Assembly: GCA_046484665.1 (NCBI GenBank)
Contig: JAWOIN010000073.1
Span: forward strand, 20,918-84,917
Source: Gemmatimonadota bacterium
Lineage (GTDB): Bacteria; Gemmatimonadota; Gemmatimonadetes; Palauibacterales; Palauibacteraceae
Direction of reading: 5' to 3'
DNA: 64,000 nt
Shown: positions 1-12,645 of the stretch, in pieces
Position numbering within the stretch: position 1 is the first letter of the stretch
Layout: the number at the start of each line of letters is the position of its first letter
Program-made: the position numbers and the translations under genes
The notes under the pieces: generated by a model
What the model saw: the letters and a program-made list of their open reading frames with translations, nothing else
Database searches by the model: none
Told to the model about the DNA's origin: nothing

Positions 1-368
1 TGTATCACCTGGGCTTCTACGGGGTGCTGGCCTGCGGTCCGGGCTCCTGTGACGTCGTGCAGGCCTCGAAGTGGGCCAGGTTCCTGGGGATCCCGGTCTC
101 GGCGTGGGGGCTCGCCTGGTACGGCGCCGTGCTCGTCCTCGCCCTCGTCCTCCAGGCGGGCCGGCCGGAGACGGGCGTCGCCGGGCGCCTGCTCGGCCTC
201 GCGGCGGTCGCGGGCCTGGCGTTCTCGGCGTACCTGACGGCGCTCGAGCTCTTCGTGATCCACGCCGTGTGCAGCTGGTGCGTGGTGAGCGCGGCGCTCG
301 CGGTGGCGATCTTCCTGCTCGCCGCGCCCTGGAGGGCGTTCGCCCGCCGGACCCCGGCGCCCTCCTGA
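1..368 (+). CDS. Vitamin K epoxide reductase (VKOR)-family thiol oxidoreductase, C-terminal part (5' end off-window)
   Basis: Loop motif GSCDVVQASKW...GIPVSAWGL resembles the VKOR Cys-pair loop; TM helix carries CSWC (CXXC) redox motif; ORF is open to window start. Confidence 0.65.
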   Translation, partial: YHLGFYGVLACGPGSCDVVQASKWARFLGIPVSAWGLAWYGAVLVLALVLQAGRPETGVAGRLLGLAAVAGLAFSAYLTALELFVIHAVCSWCVVSAALAVAIFLLAAPWRAFARRTPAPS

Positions 369-400
369 CGGCGCGCCGGGCCGGCGGGCCGTCAGGATGC

Positions 401-437
401 GGAAAGGGGCGACGGATCCGATTCCGTCGCCCCTTCC
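401..437. terminator. GC-rich hairpin between convergent VKOR-like and sigma-factor genes (candidate bidirectional terminator)
   Basis: Perfect 12-bp stem aaggggcgacgg / ccgtcgcccctt with 8-9 nt loop, read from sequence. Confidence 0.4.
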
Positions 438-474
438 GCGTCCTCTCTCCGCCGTCCGGCCCGCGGCGTCCCGC

Positions 475-1338
475 TCAGGCGCTTGCCCGCCAGAACCCTT
501 CCAGCGCGTCGCCGTGCGTCGAGCTGCGGAGCTTGTCGAACGCCCGGTTGCGGATCTGCCGGATCCGCTCGCGGGTCACGCCGAGGAGCTCGCCGATCTG
601 CTCCAGCGTCATCTCCTCGCCGTCGTCGAGCCCGTAGTAGAGCACGAGGATCTTCCGCTCGCGCTCGGTCAGGTACTTCTCGAACATCCGCTCGAGGAAC
701 TCCCGCCGCGCCTGCGCCTCGACGTCCTGCTCGATGTCGGTCTCGTCCGCCCCCGAGAACCGCTCCCCGAACGAGGCGCTGTCCCGGTCCGACTTGTCGA
801 GCGGCGCGTCGAGACTGAGCTCGGCGGACGCGACCCGCCGCAGGGCGCGCACCGTGTCCACCGGCTCCTTCATCTCCTCGGCGATCTCCCGGTCCGTCGG
901 CGTGCGGCCGAGCTTCTGGGTGAGCGCCGTCTCGGTGCGCGACAGCTTGACCAGGTTGGAGTTCTGGTTGAGCGGGATGCGCACCGAGCGGGTCTGCTCG
1001 GCCAGCGCCTGCAGGACCGTCTGCCGGATCCACCAGACGGCGTAGGAGATGAACTTCACGCCCTTGTCGGGATCGAACTTCTTGACCGCCTTGAGCAGAC
1101 CCTCGTTCCCGATGCAGACGAGCTCGGCCAGGTTGAGGCCGCGCCCCTGGTACTTCTTCACGTAGGAGATCACGAACCGAAGGTTCGCGGTGACCAGCCG
1201 CTCCGCCGCCTCGCGGTCGCCGGCGCGGGCACGCCGCGCGATCTCCCGCTCGGTCTCGGGGTCCTCGATGAGCGGATACCGCTCGACGTCCTGGAGATAC
1301 TGGTCGAAGGAATCCAGAGCGCGTGCGTCGAAGAACAT
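475..1338 (-). CDS. RNA polymerase sigma factor, sigma-70 family (287 aa, region 1.2-4 present, no region 1.1)
   Basis: FISYAVWWIRQ region 2.4-like motif; region 1.2-like LQDVERYPLI; region 4 HTH LEQIGELLGVTRERIRQI. Confidence 0.85.
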   Translation of the reverse strand: MFFDARALDSFDQYLQDVERYPLIEDPETEREIARRARAGDREAAERLVTANLRFVISYVKKYQGRGLNLAELVCIGNEGLLKAVKKFDPDKGVKFISYAVWWIRQTVLQALAEQTRSVRIPLNQNSNLVKLSRTETALTQKLGRTPTDREIAEEMKEPVDTVRALRRVASAELSLDAPLDKSDRDSASFGERFSGADETDIEQDVEAQARREFLERMFEKYLTERERKILVLYYGLDDGEEMTLEQIGELLGVTRERIRQIRNRAFDKLRSSTHGDALEGFWRASA

Positions 1339-1510
1339 GTCTCTCCCGTCGCTGTTCAGACGAGACGAAGGGAGCGGCCGCTCGGCGGTGGCGCTCCGAT
1401 CGAGATCTCGTGCGGTGAGACGGCGCCTCGCGATCTCCTCTCCCGGGGGCTCACGGACGCCCCGGGCAGGGATCGGGTGCGTGCGGCGCCAGCCCCGGCC
1501 TCCAAGCCCA

Positions 1511-1536
1511 CCTGATACCGGACGTACCGGGTCAGG
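1511..1536. terminator. Imperfect hairpin just downstream of ccmH stop (minus strand)
   Basis: cctga...tcagg outer stem with inner ccgg/ccgg pairing; weak. Confidence 0.25.
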
Positions 1537-1548
1537 TTCCGTTCCCCG

Positions 1549-2082
1549 TCAGCCCTCTCGCAGCGCCTCGCGGAGCCAGCGCTCGTTCTCCTCCGACAGC
1601 CCGGGTTCGTCCGTGGCCCCCGCCGCGGCGGGGACCGGGCGCGACCAGCGACGGAGCAGCCAGATGGCTACGGCGCCCCCGACCGCGAGGGCGGCGAACG
1701 GGAGCACCCACACGACCAGGTTGATTCCCCGGCGCTCGGGCTCGAGCAGGATCCACTCGCCGTACCGGCTGACGAAGTAGGTCTTCACCTGCTCGGGGGT
1801 CTCCCCGGCGGCCAGCCGCTCGCGGACCAGAGCCTGCATCTCCCGCGACAGCTCCGCGTTCGACTCGAGCACCGACTGGTTCCGGCAGACCGGGCACCGC
1901 AGCTCCGCCGCCAGTTCGGCCGACTCCGCGTCGAGCCGTTCCGCCTCCCGGTCCGTCAGCGCGGCCCCCGTCGAGGGGGCCGGCGTCGTGGAGACCGGCT
2001 CCTGCGCTCCAGCCGCGATGGGAAGCGCGAGGCAGAAGGCCGCGATCGCCAGTGCCCGGCGCAGGAAGGCCGCGCGGCTCAC
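1549..2082 (-). CDS. ccmH: Cytochrome c-type biogenesis protein CcmH
   Basis: LRCPVCRNQS motif (CcmH CXXC), signal peptide and C-terminal TM; GTG start at 2082 overlaps ccmG stop (GTGA); ORF-track 949-aa frame is read-through upstream of the true start. Confidence 0.85.
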   Translation of the reverse strand: MSRAAFLRRALAIAAFCLALPIAAGAQEPVSTTPAPSTGAALTDREAERLDAESAELAAELRCPVCRNQSVLESNAELSREMQALVRERLAAGETPEQVKTYFVSRYGEWILLEPERRGINLVVWVLPFAALAVGGAVAIWLLRRWSRPVPAAAGATDEPGLSEENERWLREALREG

Positions 2083-2630
2083 GGGCCGCCTCCCTCCGTC
2101 GGGGCCTGCGCGGTCGCGATCAGCGAGTCGACGGTCGGCTTCACGAGGTCCCACGTGACGGGCCCTACCTTCTTCCGGGCGATCTGCCCGTCCGGACCGA
2201 TGAAGAAGGTCTCCGGCACGCCGTACACCCCGAAGTCGATCGCCGTGCGCTGCGTCGGGTCGAGGAGGTGCGCCCAGTCCCCGCCGAGCTGGCGGAGGAA
2301 CCGGCGCGCGTTCTCCTCGGTGTCCTGGTAGACGACGCCGAGCACGACCACATCCTCCTCGTCGTACGTCGCCTCCGTCAGCTTCAGCACGTCGTGCTCC
2401 TGGCGGCAGGGAATGCACCAGGAGGCCCAGAAGTTCAGGACGACGGCCTTCCCGCGGAGGTCGGCGAGGTCGACCGTGTCCCCGTCCATCGTCGCGAGGC
2501 GGAACCCCGGGGCCTCGGCGCCCTCGAGCGGCGAGGGCAGGGTGAACTTGTCCGTACCCATCCCCCACAGCAGCAGCCCCAGCACGGGAAGCGCCAGGAG
2601 GGGAAGGACCCAGACCAGGTGCTTTCTCAT
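2079..2630 (-). CDS. ccmG: Thiol:disulfide interchange protein CcmG/DsbE (TlpA-like thioredoxin)
   Basis: WASWCIPC thioredoxin motif, N-terminal TM anchor, position between ccmF and ccmH. Confidence 0.85.
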   Translation of the reverse strand: MRKHLVWVLPLLALPVLGLLLWGMGTDKFTLPSPLEGAEAPGFRLATMDGDTVDLADLRGKAVVLNFWASWCIPCRQEHDVLKLTEATYDEEDVVVLGVVYQDTEENARRFLRQLGGDWAHLLDPTQRTAIDFGVYGVPETFFIGPDGQIARKKVGPVTWDLVKPTVDSLIATAQAPTEGGGP

Positions 2631-2639
2631 CGGGCCGCC

Positions 2640-4661
<2,022 letters not shown>

Positions 4662-4674
4662 TGCGCTCTCCCGC

Positions 4675-5130
4675 TCAGCCGGCGTCGTCGGTCTTGATCA
4701 GCGACTCGTACATCTTCTGCGGCGTCTGCCTCCCGTCGTGGGGCGGCTCGTACTCGTTCGAGTGCTTTACCATGAGGTTCGTCGACTCGAAAACCCCCTC
4801 CTCCCGGTAGCGGCCCTCGACGATGACGCCGATCCCCTCCTGGAACATCGCCGGCGGCGCGCCGGTGCTCCTCACCGGGACCTCCTGGAGGCTGTCCTGG
4901 ACCACGAACCGGAGGTCTCGGGCCTCGGCGTTCCACTCCACCGACCCCGGCTTGATCTGTCCGCCCAGCCTCATCGGCTGGTCGACGATCTCGGCGCCCC
5001 GCGCCATCAGCTCGCTCGGCGTCAGGAAGTAGACGACGTTCTCCCTGAGGCCGCCGGCGATCAGGAAGGCGAGGGCGCCCACGATGGCCAGCAGGCCGAC
5101 CCCCGCCCACAGCTTCTTCGATCCGGTCAT
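4675..5130 (-). CDS. ccmE: Cytochrome c-type biogenesis heme chaperone CcmE
   Basis: 151 aa from ATG at 5130; N-terminal TM, OB-fold region, C-terminal NEYEPPHDG-like heme-binding tail; ORF-track upstream extension is spurious. Confidence 0.85.
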   Translation of the reverse strand: MTGSKKLWAGVGLLAIVGALAFLIAGGLRENVVYFLTPSELMARGAEIVDQPMRLGGQIKPGSVEWNAEARDLRFVVQDSLQEVPVRSTGAPPAMFQEGIGVIVEGRYREEGVFESTNLMVKHSNEYEPPHDGRQTPQKMYESLIKTDDAG

Positions 5131-5147
5131 CGCGACGTCTCCACAGT

Positions 5148-5318
5148 TCAGGTGGACGGGACCGCGGCCGCGGAGTCGCGGGGCGCGTCGTCCGACTCGT
5201 TCCACTCCGACACGGCGCGCGCGGCGCTCTCGAGCCCCCGGTTCGTGCGCCACGCATACCAGCCCAGCACGAGCCAGGTCAGGCCGTACCCGGCCACGAT
5301 GTATCCGAGGTTATCCAT
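5148..5318 (-). CDS. ccmD: Heme exporter protein CcmD (56 aa, not in ORF track)
   Basis: Hand-translated MDNLGYIVAGYGLTWLVLGWYAWRTNRGLESAARAVSEWNESDDAPRDSAAAVPST; single TM helix; ATG overlaps the last codons of ccmC; lies between ccmC and ccmE as expected. Confidence 0.55.
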   Translation of the reverse strand: MDNLGYIVAGYGLTWLVLGWYAWRTNRGLESAARAVSEWNESDDAPRDSAAAVPST

Positions 5319-5988
5319 GATACGCCATACGCTGTTCGAGTTTCCCCTCCAGCCGCGCCAGCCGGATCCGCCGCATCATCAGATAGACGTAGACGAGCGT
5401 GAACGCCGCCAGGTTCAGCATCAGCGTCCACAGGATCTCGGGCGCCACCGAGCGGGGGCTCGACGGCGGCTGGTGCAGCGTCCGCCACCAGATCACCGAC
5501 AGGTAGACGATCGGGACGTTCGCGAACCCGATGATCCCCACGATCGCGGCCCAGCGTGCCCGCTTGTCCGGGTCGTCGGCGAAGCTGCGGATCGCCAGGT
5601 AGCCGACGTAGATCGCGAGCATGATCGCGGTCGTGGTGAGACGGGGATCCCACGTCCACCACACGCCCCAGGTCGGCTTTCCCCACATCGAGCCGAGCGC
5701 CAGGGTCAGCACCGTGAACACGACCCCGATCTCGGCCGAGCTCGACGCCACCCGGTCCCAGCGGAGGTCCCGCTGGATCAGGTAGAGGACGCTCATCAGG
5801 AAGACGATGAAGAACGACAGGAACGCGAGCCACGCGGCCGGCACGTGCACGTACATCAGTCGCTGGACGTCTCCCTGCGCGGCGTCGGCCCGCACGACGA
5901 AGAGGCCGACCACGCTCCCGGCGAGCAGCGCGGCGAGGGCGACGAGCCCGAGCAGGGTCGCCGGTTTCGACTTCGCGGTCACGCTCAT
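5311..5988 (-). CDS. ccmC: Heme exporter protein CcmC
   Basis: 225 aa from ATG at 5988 (GGAGG RBS upstream); WGKPTWGVWWTWDPRLT WWD motif. Confidence 0.9.
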   Translation of the reverse strand: MSVTAKSKPATLLGLVALAALLAGSVVGLFVVRADAAQGDVQRLMYVHVPAAWLAFLSFFIVFLMSVLYLIQRDLRWDRVASSSAEIGVVFTVLTLALGSMWGKPTWGVWWTWDPRLTTTAIMLAIYVGYLAIRSFADDPDKRARWAAIVGIIGFANVPIVYLSVIWWRTLHQPPSSPRSVAPEILWTLMLNLAAFTLVYVYLMMRRIRLARLEGKLEQRMAYHG

Positions 5989-6661
5989 TCCTCCAGGGCT
6001 ATCGGGAAGATCCATATGCAGATCACGAAGAAGATCACGTCGAAGGACGCGAGCAGGCGGATCCAGATGGCCGTGCCCTGCATCGCGTCTCCGACGAGCA
6101 CCAGGGTCGTGGCGTTCACCGCTCCCAGCAGCACCGGGACCAGGGCCGGGAACAGCAGGAGCGGCAGCATCACCTCCCTGGCCCTCAGGTTTACCGTGAG
6201 GGCCGCGTAGAAGGTCCCCACGACCGAGAAGCCGATCGTCCCGAGCAGCGCGATGCCGGCGAGCTCGAGCGCGTGCGGCCACATCTCGATCTGGAACAGG
6301 ATCGCCGCGGCGGGGAAGAGCACCGCCTCCACCGAGAGGAGCATGACGATGTTCCCGAGGAGCTTTCCGAGGAAGATCGCCCGGACGTCGCCCGGATACA
6401 TCCGCAGGCCCTCGATCCCGCCGCTCGTCTCCTCGCTCTGGTAGGTCCGGCTGAGCGAGAGGATCCCCGTGAAGGCGATCCCCACCCACAGCAGGCCGCC
6501 GGAGACCTGGCGCAGCAGCTCCGTGTCCGGGCCGATCGCGAAGCTGAAGATGAAGAGCACGAGGGCGGCGAAGAACACCATCGCGTTGAAGCTCTGCTTC
6601 GTGCGGGCCTCGATCAGGAGGTCCTTCCACACGATCGCCCAGGCGCGGTGCAGGACGCCCA

Positions 6662-6662
<1 letters not shown>
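5985..6662 (-). CDS. ccmB: Heme exporter permease CcmB
   Basis: 225 aa polytopic membrane protein from ATG at 6662; start/stop overlap with ccmA and ccmC. Confidence 0.85.
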
Positions 6663-7312
<650 letters not shown>

Positions 7313-7408
7313 GCGGTTCCACCCGAACCGCTTCGAGAACCCGACCAGTTCTACGGCGGCGCGCTCGTCAGACCGGGGGGGTATCGCTTCCTCCGCTGTC
7401 GCCGGTTC

Positions 7409-7924
7409 TCAGCCCTGCAGCCGGCGCGCCAGCTGGTCGGCCACGTACTGCACGTACTGCCAGGCCGGGTGCGCCGCGGGCAGCGTCCGCAGGCGTGACC
7501 AGTTCACGGGCTCCGTCGGCATCACGGCAGGCGAGTAGACCGGGTCGATGAACAGCACCGTCCCGCCACGATACGGCTGGGCCCAGAACAGGATCTTTAT
7601 GTACTTCTCGGGCTCGCTGAGCGACTGCAACGGCGCGACCGGATAGACGTTCGGGATGTAGATCCACTCGGACTCCAACTGCGCCACGTTCGCCGTGTCC
7701 CCGGCCATCCGCTGGAAGGAGCGCGGGGTGACGTTGTCGGCGCGCAGCGTCTCCCACGCCTTCTGGATCACGGTGTCCGGCGGCGCCGCCACCCGGGCCT
7801 CGATCGCCTGCGCGGAGGGGCCGCGGGCGAGCCCCGTCGAGCCTCCGCCGCTTCCGCAGGCCGCGGCGATCGGGGCCGTCAGCAGCGCCGCGAGCATCGT
7901 CACCTGCGCGTGAGCGTTCCGCAT
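7409..7924 (-). CDS. Hypothetical lipoprotein (171 aa)
   Basis: ATG at 7924; signal peptide with lipobox LTAPIAAAC; upstream of and co-oriented with ccmA. Confidence 0.5.
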   Translation of the reverse strand: MRNAHAQVTMLAALLTAPIAAACGSGGGSTGLARGPSAQAIEARVAAPPDTVIQKAWETLRADNVTPRSFQRMAGDTANVAQLESEWIYIPNVYPVAPLQSLSEPEKYIKILFWAQPYRGGTVLFIDPVYSPAVMPTEPVNWSRLRTLPAAHPAWQYVQYVADQLARRLQG

Positions 7925-8279
7925 GGGTCTCTCCTCGCAACGGGTCGGCCGCGCACCCGGGTCTCCGCCGTCCCCGGCGCCGCGCTCGCGGGCTCCGGAG
8001 AACGGGCGGTCGGTGCAAGCCGTGGACCGCAGGGCCGCGGATCCGGCCGGGAAGATACGGGACCGGGAGTTGGCGGGCCAACACGCCGTCGGCCGGGCTC
8101 GGATCCGCTCGACCCCTCCGGGACGATCCGGCTCTTCGGGGTCGAAACGACCCAGTCGGACGCGTCCGCCGCCGACTCGCCTTCGAAGCGTTCCCGGGGT
8201 ATCTTCGCCGGCCGGAAGTCCCTGCGGACCCGCGCCGGTGCGGTCGCAGGAGGGCGGAAGAGATGCGCCGGGAGGCAGC

Positions 8280-9488
8280 GTGGACCTGAACGACATCCGA
8301 GAGCTCGCGGCCCCGTCCGACGCGAAGGCCCTCCTGCTCGTGCTTGATGGCCTGGGCGGACTGCCGCGCGAGGCGGGCGGGCCGACGGAGCTGGAGGCGG
8401 CCCGGACCCCCCACCTCGACGCGCTCGCCGCGCGCGGCGGCATGGGGCTGCACGTGCCCGTGGCGCCCGGCGTGACGCCGGGCAGCGGACCGGGTCACCT
8501 GGCCCTGTTCGGCTTCGACCCGCTCCGCTACCGGATCGGGCGCGGCGTGCTCGAGGCGCTCGGGGTGGAGTTCGACCTGCGGCCGGGCGACGTCGCGGCC
8601 CGGGGAAACCTCTGCACGGTGGACGCGGAGGGCCGCGTGACGGACCGGCGGGCGGGACGGATCTCCACGGAGGACGCCGCCCCCGTGATCCGGGCCCTCG
8701 ACGGCATCGAGGTGGACGACGCAGAGCTGTTCGTGAGGCCGGTGAAGGAGCACCGGTTCCTGCTGGTCGTCCGGCCGGCGGAGCCCACGACGGCGGAGAT
8801 CGTCGACACCGACCCCGAGCGCACGGGAGCGGCCCCGCTCGCGGTGCGCGCGCAGGCCGCGTCGGCGGAGCCGGCGACCCGGGCGGTGCGGGAGTGGGTG
8901 GAGCGGGTGCCGGAGACGCTGTCGGGCCGGGACCGGGCGAACATGGTCCTGCTCCGCGGGTTCGCGCAGCTTCCCGACTGGCCCCGATTTCCGGAGGTGT
9001 TCGGCTGGCGCTCCGTCGCCATCGCCGCCTACCCGATGTACCGCGGCGTCGCGCGGCTCGTGGGCATGGAGGCGCTCGAGGTGGCCGACGAGCCCGAGGC
9101 GCTCATCCCCGCCCTGGACGGCGTCCGCGACGACTTCGACTTCTTCTTCCTGCACGTGAAGGGGACCGACAAGGCCGGGGAGGACGGCGACTTCGACCGG
9201 AAGGTCGCGATCATCGAGCGGGTCGACGCGCTGCTGCCGCGGCTGCTCGAGGCGGGACCCGAGATCGTGCTGGTGACCGGCGACCACTCGACGCCGTCGA
9301 CGCTGTGCGCCCACTCCTGGCACCCCGTCCCCTTCCTGATGGCGGGCGGCCCGGCGCGAGGCGAGCGCGGAGCGCCGGAGTTCGGCGAGACCGCCTGCCG
9401 GGCCGGCTCGATGGGAACGGTCCGGGGATGCGACCTGATGCCGCTCCTCGCCGCCCGCGCGGGCAGGCTGCAGAAGTTCGGGGCCTGA
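8280..9488 (+). CDS. apgM: 2,3-bisphosphoglycerate-independent phosphoglycerate mutase, archaeal-type (ApgM family)
   Basis: ~402 aa from in-frame GTG at 8280 preceded by GGGAGG; LLVLDGLGG and VTGDHSTPS motifs typical of ApgM/phosphopentomutase superfamily; upstream part of the 521-aa ORF is low-complexity R/P-rich and likely untranslated. Confidence 0.75.
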   Translation: MDLNDIRELAAPSDAKALLLVLDGLGGLPREAGGPTELEAARTPHLDALAARGGMGLHVPVAPGVTPGSGPGHLALFGFDPLRYRIGRGVLEALGVEFDLRPGDVAARGNLCTVDAEGRVTDRRAGRISTEDAAPVIRALDGIEVDDAELFVRPVKEHRFLLVVRPAEPTTAEIVDTDPERTGAAPLAVRAQAASAEPATRAVREWVERVPETLSGRDRANMVLLRGFAQLPDWPRFPEVFGWRSVAIAAYPMYRGVARLVGMEALEVADEPEALIPALDGVRDDFDFFFLHVKGTDKAGEDGDFDRKVAIIERVDALLPRLLEAGPEIVLVTGDHSTPSTLCAHSWHPVPFLMAGGPARGERGAPEFGETACRAGSMGTVRGCDLMPLLAARAGRLQKFGA

Positions 9489-9537
9489 CCGCGGAGGGAG
9501 GCGGAGCGCTCTCGAGACCGATCGAAAGGAAGCCGGC

Positions 9538-10341
9538 ATGCGGTGTCCGAAGTGCGGAAGCGAGGAGTCCGGGGCCTTCTGCTCCCGGTGCGGGGCGGAC
9601 CTCGGGCGGGAGGCGCCCGCCTGCGCGTCCTGCGGGGCCGGGATCGAGCTGGACGCGCTGTTCTGCGCCGAGTGCGGCGCCCCGACCGGCCGTCGCCCGG
9701 CGAAGCCGCTCCTCGCCTACCTTCCGTGGGCGCTCTCCGGCCTCGCGCTGGTCGCGTTCGCGGTCGCGATCGCCTTCTTCGTGCAGGCGCAGGCGCAGCC
9801 GCGGATCGGCGACATGCCGGTGACGGGGGGCCTTCCCGAGGCGCCGCGGGAGGAGGCGGGTGGCGCCGGGACCCAGGGCGCCGGGACGGGAATGGTCGAC
9901 CTGTCGCAGCTCTCCTCCCGCCAGGCGGCGGACCGCCTGTTCGAGCGCGCGATGCGGACGGACGAGGAGGGAGACGCCGAGCGCGCGAAGTTCTTCGCGA
10001 ACATGGCCGTGCAGGCCTACTCGGCGGTCCCGCCGGAGGAAATCGACGCCGACGCGCGGTTCCACGTCGGCCTCCTGCACCTGCTGCAGGGAGAGCCAGG
10101 CGCCGCCGCCGCGGAGGCGTCCTCGATCCTCTCCGCGCGGCCGGCCCATCTCCTCGGTCTCGCCCTGGCGGCCCGCGCCGCCGCGGCCCGCGGCGACGCG
10201 GCGGCGGAGCGGGAGGCGCACGAGCGCTTCCTCGACGCGCTGCCGACCGAGCGGGAGGCGGGGCTCCCCGAGTACCGGATGCACGACTCGCTGATCGAGA
10301 CGGAGGCCGCCCGCGCACGGGAGTCGACCGGCCGGAGCTGA
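9538..10341 (+). CDS. Double zinc-ribbon membrane protein (hypothetical)
   Basis: Four CxxC pairs at N-terminus (CPKCG, CSRCG, CASCG, CAECG), one TM helix, Ala-rich helical repeat C-terminus. Confidence 0.5.
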   Translation: MRCPKCGSEESGAFCSRCGADLGREAPACASCGAGIELDALFCAECGAPTGRRPAKPLLAYLPWALSGLALVAFAVAIAFFVQAQAQPRIGDMPVTGGLPEAPREEAGGAGTQGAGTGMVDLSQLSSRQAADRLFERAMRTDEEGDAERAKFFANMAVQAYSAVPPEEIDADARFHVGLLHLLQGEPGAAAAEASSILSARPAHLLGLALAARAAAARGDAAAEREAHERFLDALPTEREAGLPEYRMHDSLIETEAARARESTGRS

Positions 10342-10371
10342 CCCGAGGCCGGGGAAGCCCGCCCCCGGCGT

Positions 10372-12645
10372 TCAGCCGTCGATCCGGGCCTTGCGGAGGG
10401 AGTTCGCGTTCGCGACCACGGTGATCGAGCTGCCCGCCATCGCGGCCTCCGCGAGGATCGGGTGCAGGAGGCCGAGCACGGCGACCGGGATCGCTACCGT
10501 GTTGTAGAAGTAGGCCCAGAACAGGTTCTGGCGGATCTTCCGGAAGGTGGCGCGCGAGAGTCGTACCGCCCGCACCACGCCCATCAGGCTCCCGTGCACC
10601 AGGGTCATGTCGGCCGACTCGATCGCGATGTCGGTGCCGGTCCCGATCGCGATCCCGACGTCGGCCTGCGTGAGCGACGGCGCATCGTTGATCCCGTCCC
10701 CGACCATCGCCACGGTCGCCCCGGCGGCCTGGAGCCGCCTGATCTCCGCGACCTTCTCCTCGGGCAGCAGGCCCGCGCGCACCTCGTCGATGCCGACCTC
10801 GGCGGCCACCGCCGCCGCCGTCCGCGGGTTGTCGCCCGTGAGCATGAGGGTCCGGAGCCCCAGCTCGTGGAGGCGGCGGACCGCCTCCCGGCTGTCCTCC
10901 TTCACCCGGTCCGCGACGGCCAGAAGGCCCGCCTCCCGACCGTCGATCGCCACCAGCATCACCGTCCGGCCCCGCGCCTCGAGCGCGGAGGCGCGCTCCG
11001 CGAGGCCGGTCGCCGGGATTCCTTCCGACTCCAGGAGCCGGGCGCCGCCCACGACGACCCGGCGCCCGCCGACCGTCCCGACCACGCCCAGCCCGGTCCG
11101 TGCCTCGAACGCGTCGATGGGGAGTCCGGGGAGGCCCCGCTCGCGGCCCGCGGCCGCGACGGCGGCGCCGAGCGGGTGCTCGGAGGCCGCTTCCACGGCG
11201 GCCGCGAGCCGGAGGAGGCCGTCGGCGTCTCCGTCCACGGCCTCGATCTCGGTCAGTTCCGGGGCGCCCCGCGTGACGGTGCCCGTCTTGTCGAACACGA
11301 CGACGTCCGCTCCCTCGAGCGTCTGGATCGCGGCGCCGTCCCGGATCAGCACGCCGTGCTCGGCCCCCATCCCGGTCCCGACCATGAGCGCGGTCGGGGT
11401 GGCGAGCCCTAGCGCGCACGGGCAGGCGATCACGAGCACGGCGAGGGCGGCGAACACGGCGAGCGACACGCGGTCCAGGTCGGCGTGCACCCACGGGAGC
11501 AGCTCCGCAGCCCGCTCCGCGAGGGCGACGAACGGCCCCGGGACGAGGAGCCAGGCGAGCAGGGTCAGCGTCGCGATCGTCAGCACCACGGGGACGAACA
11601 CGGCCGTGACGCGGTCCGCGAACTCCTGGATCGGGACCTTGCTCCCCTGCGCCTGCTCCACCATCCGGACCACCCCGGCGAGGAACGTGTCCTCGCCGAC
11701 GCCCGTGGCGCGGACCCGCAGCACGCCCTGCCGGTTGAGCGTCGCGCCGATCACGTCGTCCCCCTCCTCCTTGTCCACGGGGATCGATTCCCCGGTGGCG
11801 AGGGACTCGTCGACCGCGCTGCTCCCGCCGACCACCACCCCGTCCGTCGGGATCTTCTCGCCCGGCCGGACGATCATCACGTCCCCGACCGCCACCTCGG
11901 CGACGGGTACCTCGACCTCGGCGTCCCCCCGCAGGACGCGGGCAGTCCGCGCCTCGAGGGAAAGCAGCTTCTGGATCGCCGCCGACGTCCGTCCCCGGGC
12001 GCGCGCCTCCACGTACCGACCCGTCAGGTGGATCGCCATGATCATCGCGCCGACCCCGGCGTAGTTCATGATCATCGGCCCCGCGCCGAGCCGGTGGGCC
12101 ACCGCGAACGGTCCGGTCAGCGCGGCGGCGCCGCTGCCGAGGGCGATGAGCGTGTCCATGTTCGGGCTCCGGCGCCGCAGGCCGGCGAAGCCGCTCCGCA
12201 GCGTCGGGCGGCCGGGGCCGAGCAGCACCGGGACGGCGAGGAGGAGCAGGCCGAGCTCGAAGGCGAGCGGGCTCGGCCACAGGATGCCGAAGCCCATCTC
12301 GGGCACCATCCAGACCATGATCGGGACGGTGAGCGCCCAGGCGACCCTCGTGCGTCGCCTGGCCAGCCGGACCTTCTCGTCGTCGCGGCGGAGCCGCTCC
12401 CGCTCCCGCTCGGCCCGGTCCCCCGTCTCGTCGCGCCGCTCCAGCCGGTAACCGGCGTCCTCCACGACGCCGGCCAGCTGCTCGAAGCCGACCGCATCGG
12501 GATCGAACCGCACGGTGGCCGACTCCGCCGGGAGGCTCACCGACGCCTCCACGCCCTCGATCCGGTTCAGGCTTCGCTCGACGGCCGCGCTGCAGGCGCC
12601 GCAGTGCATTCCCTCGACCCGGAACACCTCGACCTGTCGTGCCAA
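10372..12645 (-). CDS. copA: Copper-translocating P-type ATPase (CopA, P1B-type)
   Basis: HMA domain [11 protein letters not shown] transport motif, DKTGTVT phosphorylation site, GDGINDAP hinge; TTG start at 12645 with GGGAGGAGG RBS. Confidence 0.9.
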   Translation of the reverse strand: MARQVEVFRVEGMHCGACSAAVERSLNRIEGVEASVSLPAESATVRFDPDAVGFEQLAGVVEDAGYRLERRDETGDRAERERERLRRDDEKVRLARRRTRVAWALTVPIMVWMVPEMGFGILWPSPLAFELGLLLLAVPVLLGPGRPTLRSGFAGLRRRSPNMDTLIALGSGAAALTGPFAVAHRLGAGPMIMNYAGVGAMIMAIHLTGRYVEARARGRTSAAIQKLLSLEARTARVLRGDAEVEVPVAEVAVGDVMIVRPGEKIPTDGVVVGGSSAVDESLATGESIPVDKEEGDDVIGATLNRQGVLRVRATGVGEDTFLAGVVRMVEQAQGSKVPIQEFADRVTAVFVPVVLTIATLTLLAWLLVPGPFVALAERAAELLPWVHADLDRVSLAVFAALAVLVIACPCALGLATPTALMVGTGMGAEHGVLIRDGAAIQTLEGADVVVFDKTGTVTRGAPELTEIEAVDGDADGLLRLAAAVEAASEHPLGAAVAAAGRERGLPGLPIDAFEARTGLGVVGTVGGRRVVVGGARLLESEGIPATGLAERASALEARGRTVMLVAIDGREAGLLAVADRVKEDSREAVRRLHELGLRTLMLTGDNPRTAAAVAAEVGIDEVRAGLLPEEKVAEIRRLQAAGATVAMVGDGINDAPSLTQADVGIAIGTGTDIAIESADMTLVHGSLMGVVRAVRLSRATFRKIRQNLFWAYFYNTVAIPVAVLGLLHPILAEAAMAGSSITVVANANSLRKARIDG

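Noticed and set aside
7368-9539. 723-aa minus-strand ORF
   Set aside because: Antisense to apgM and overlapping the lipoprotein gene; Arg/Pro-rich low-complexity translation typical of high-GC antisense frames
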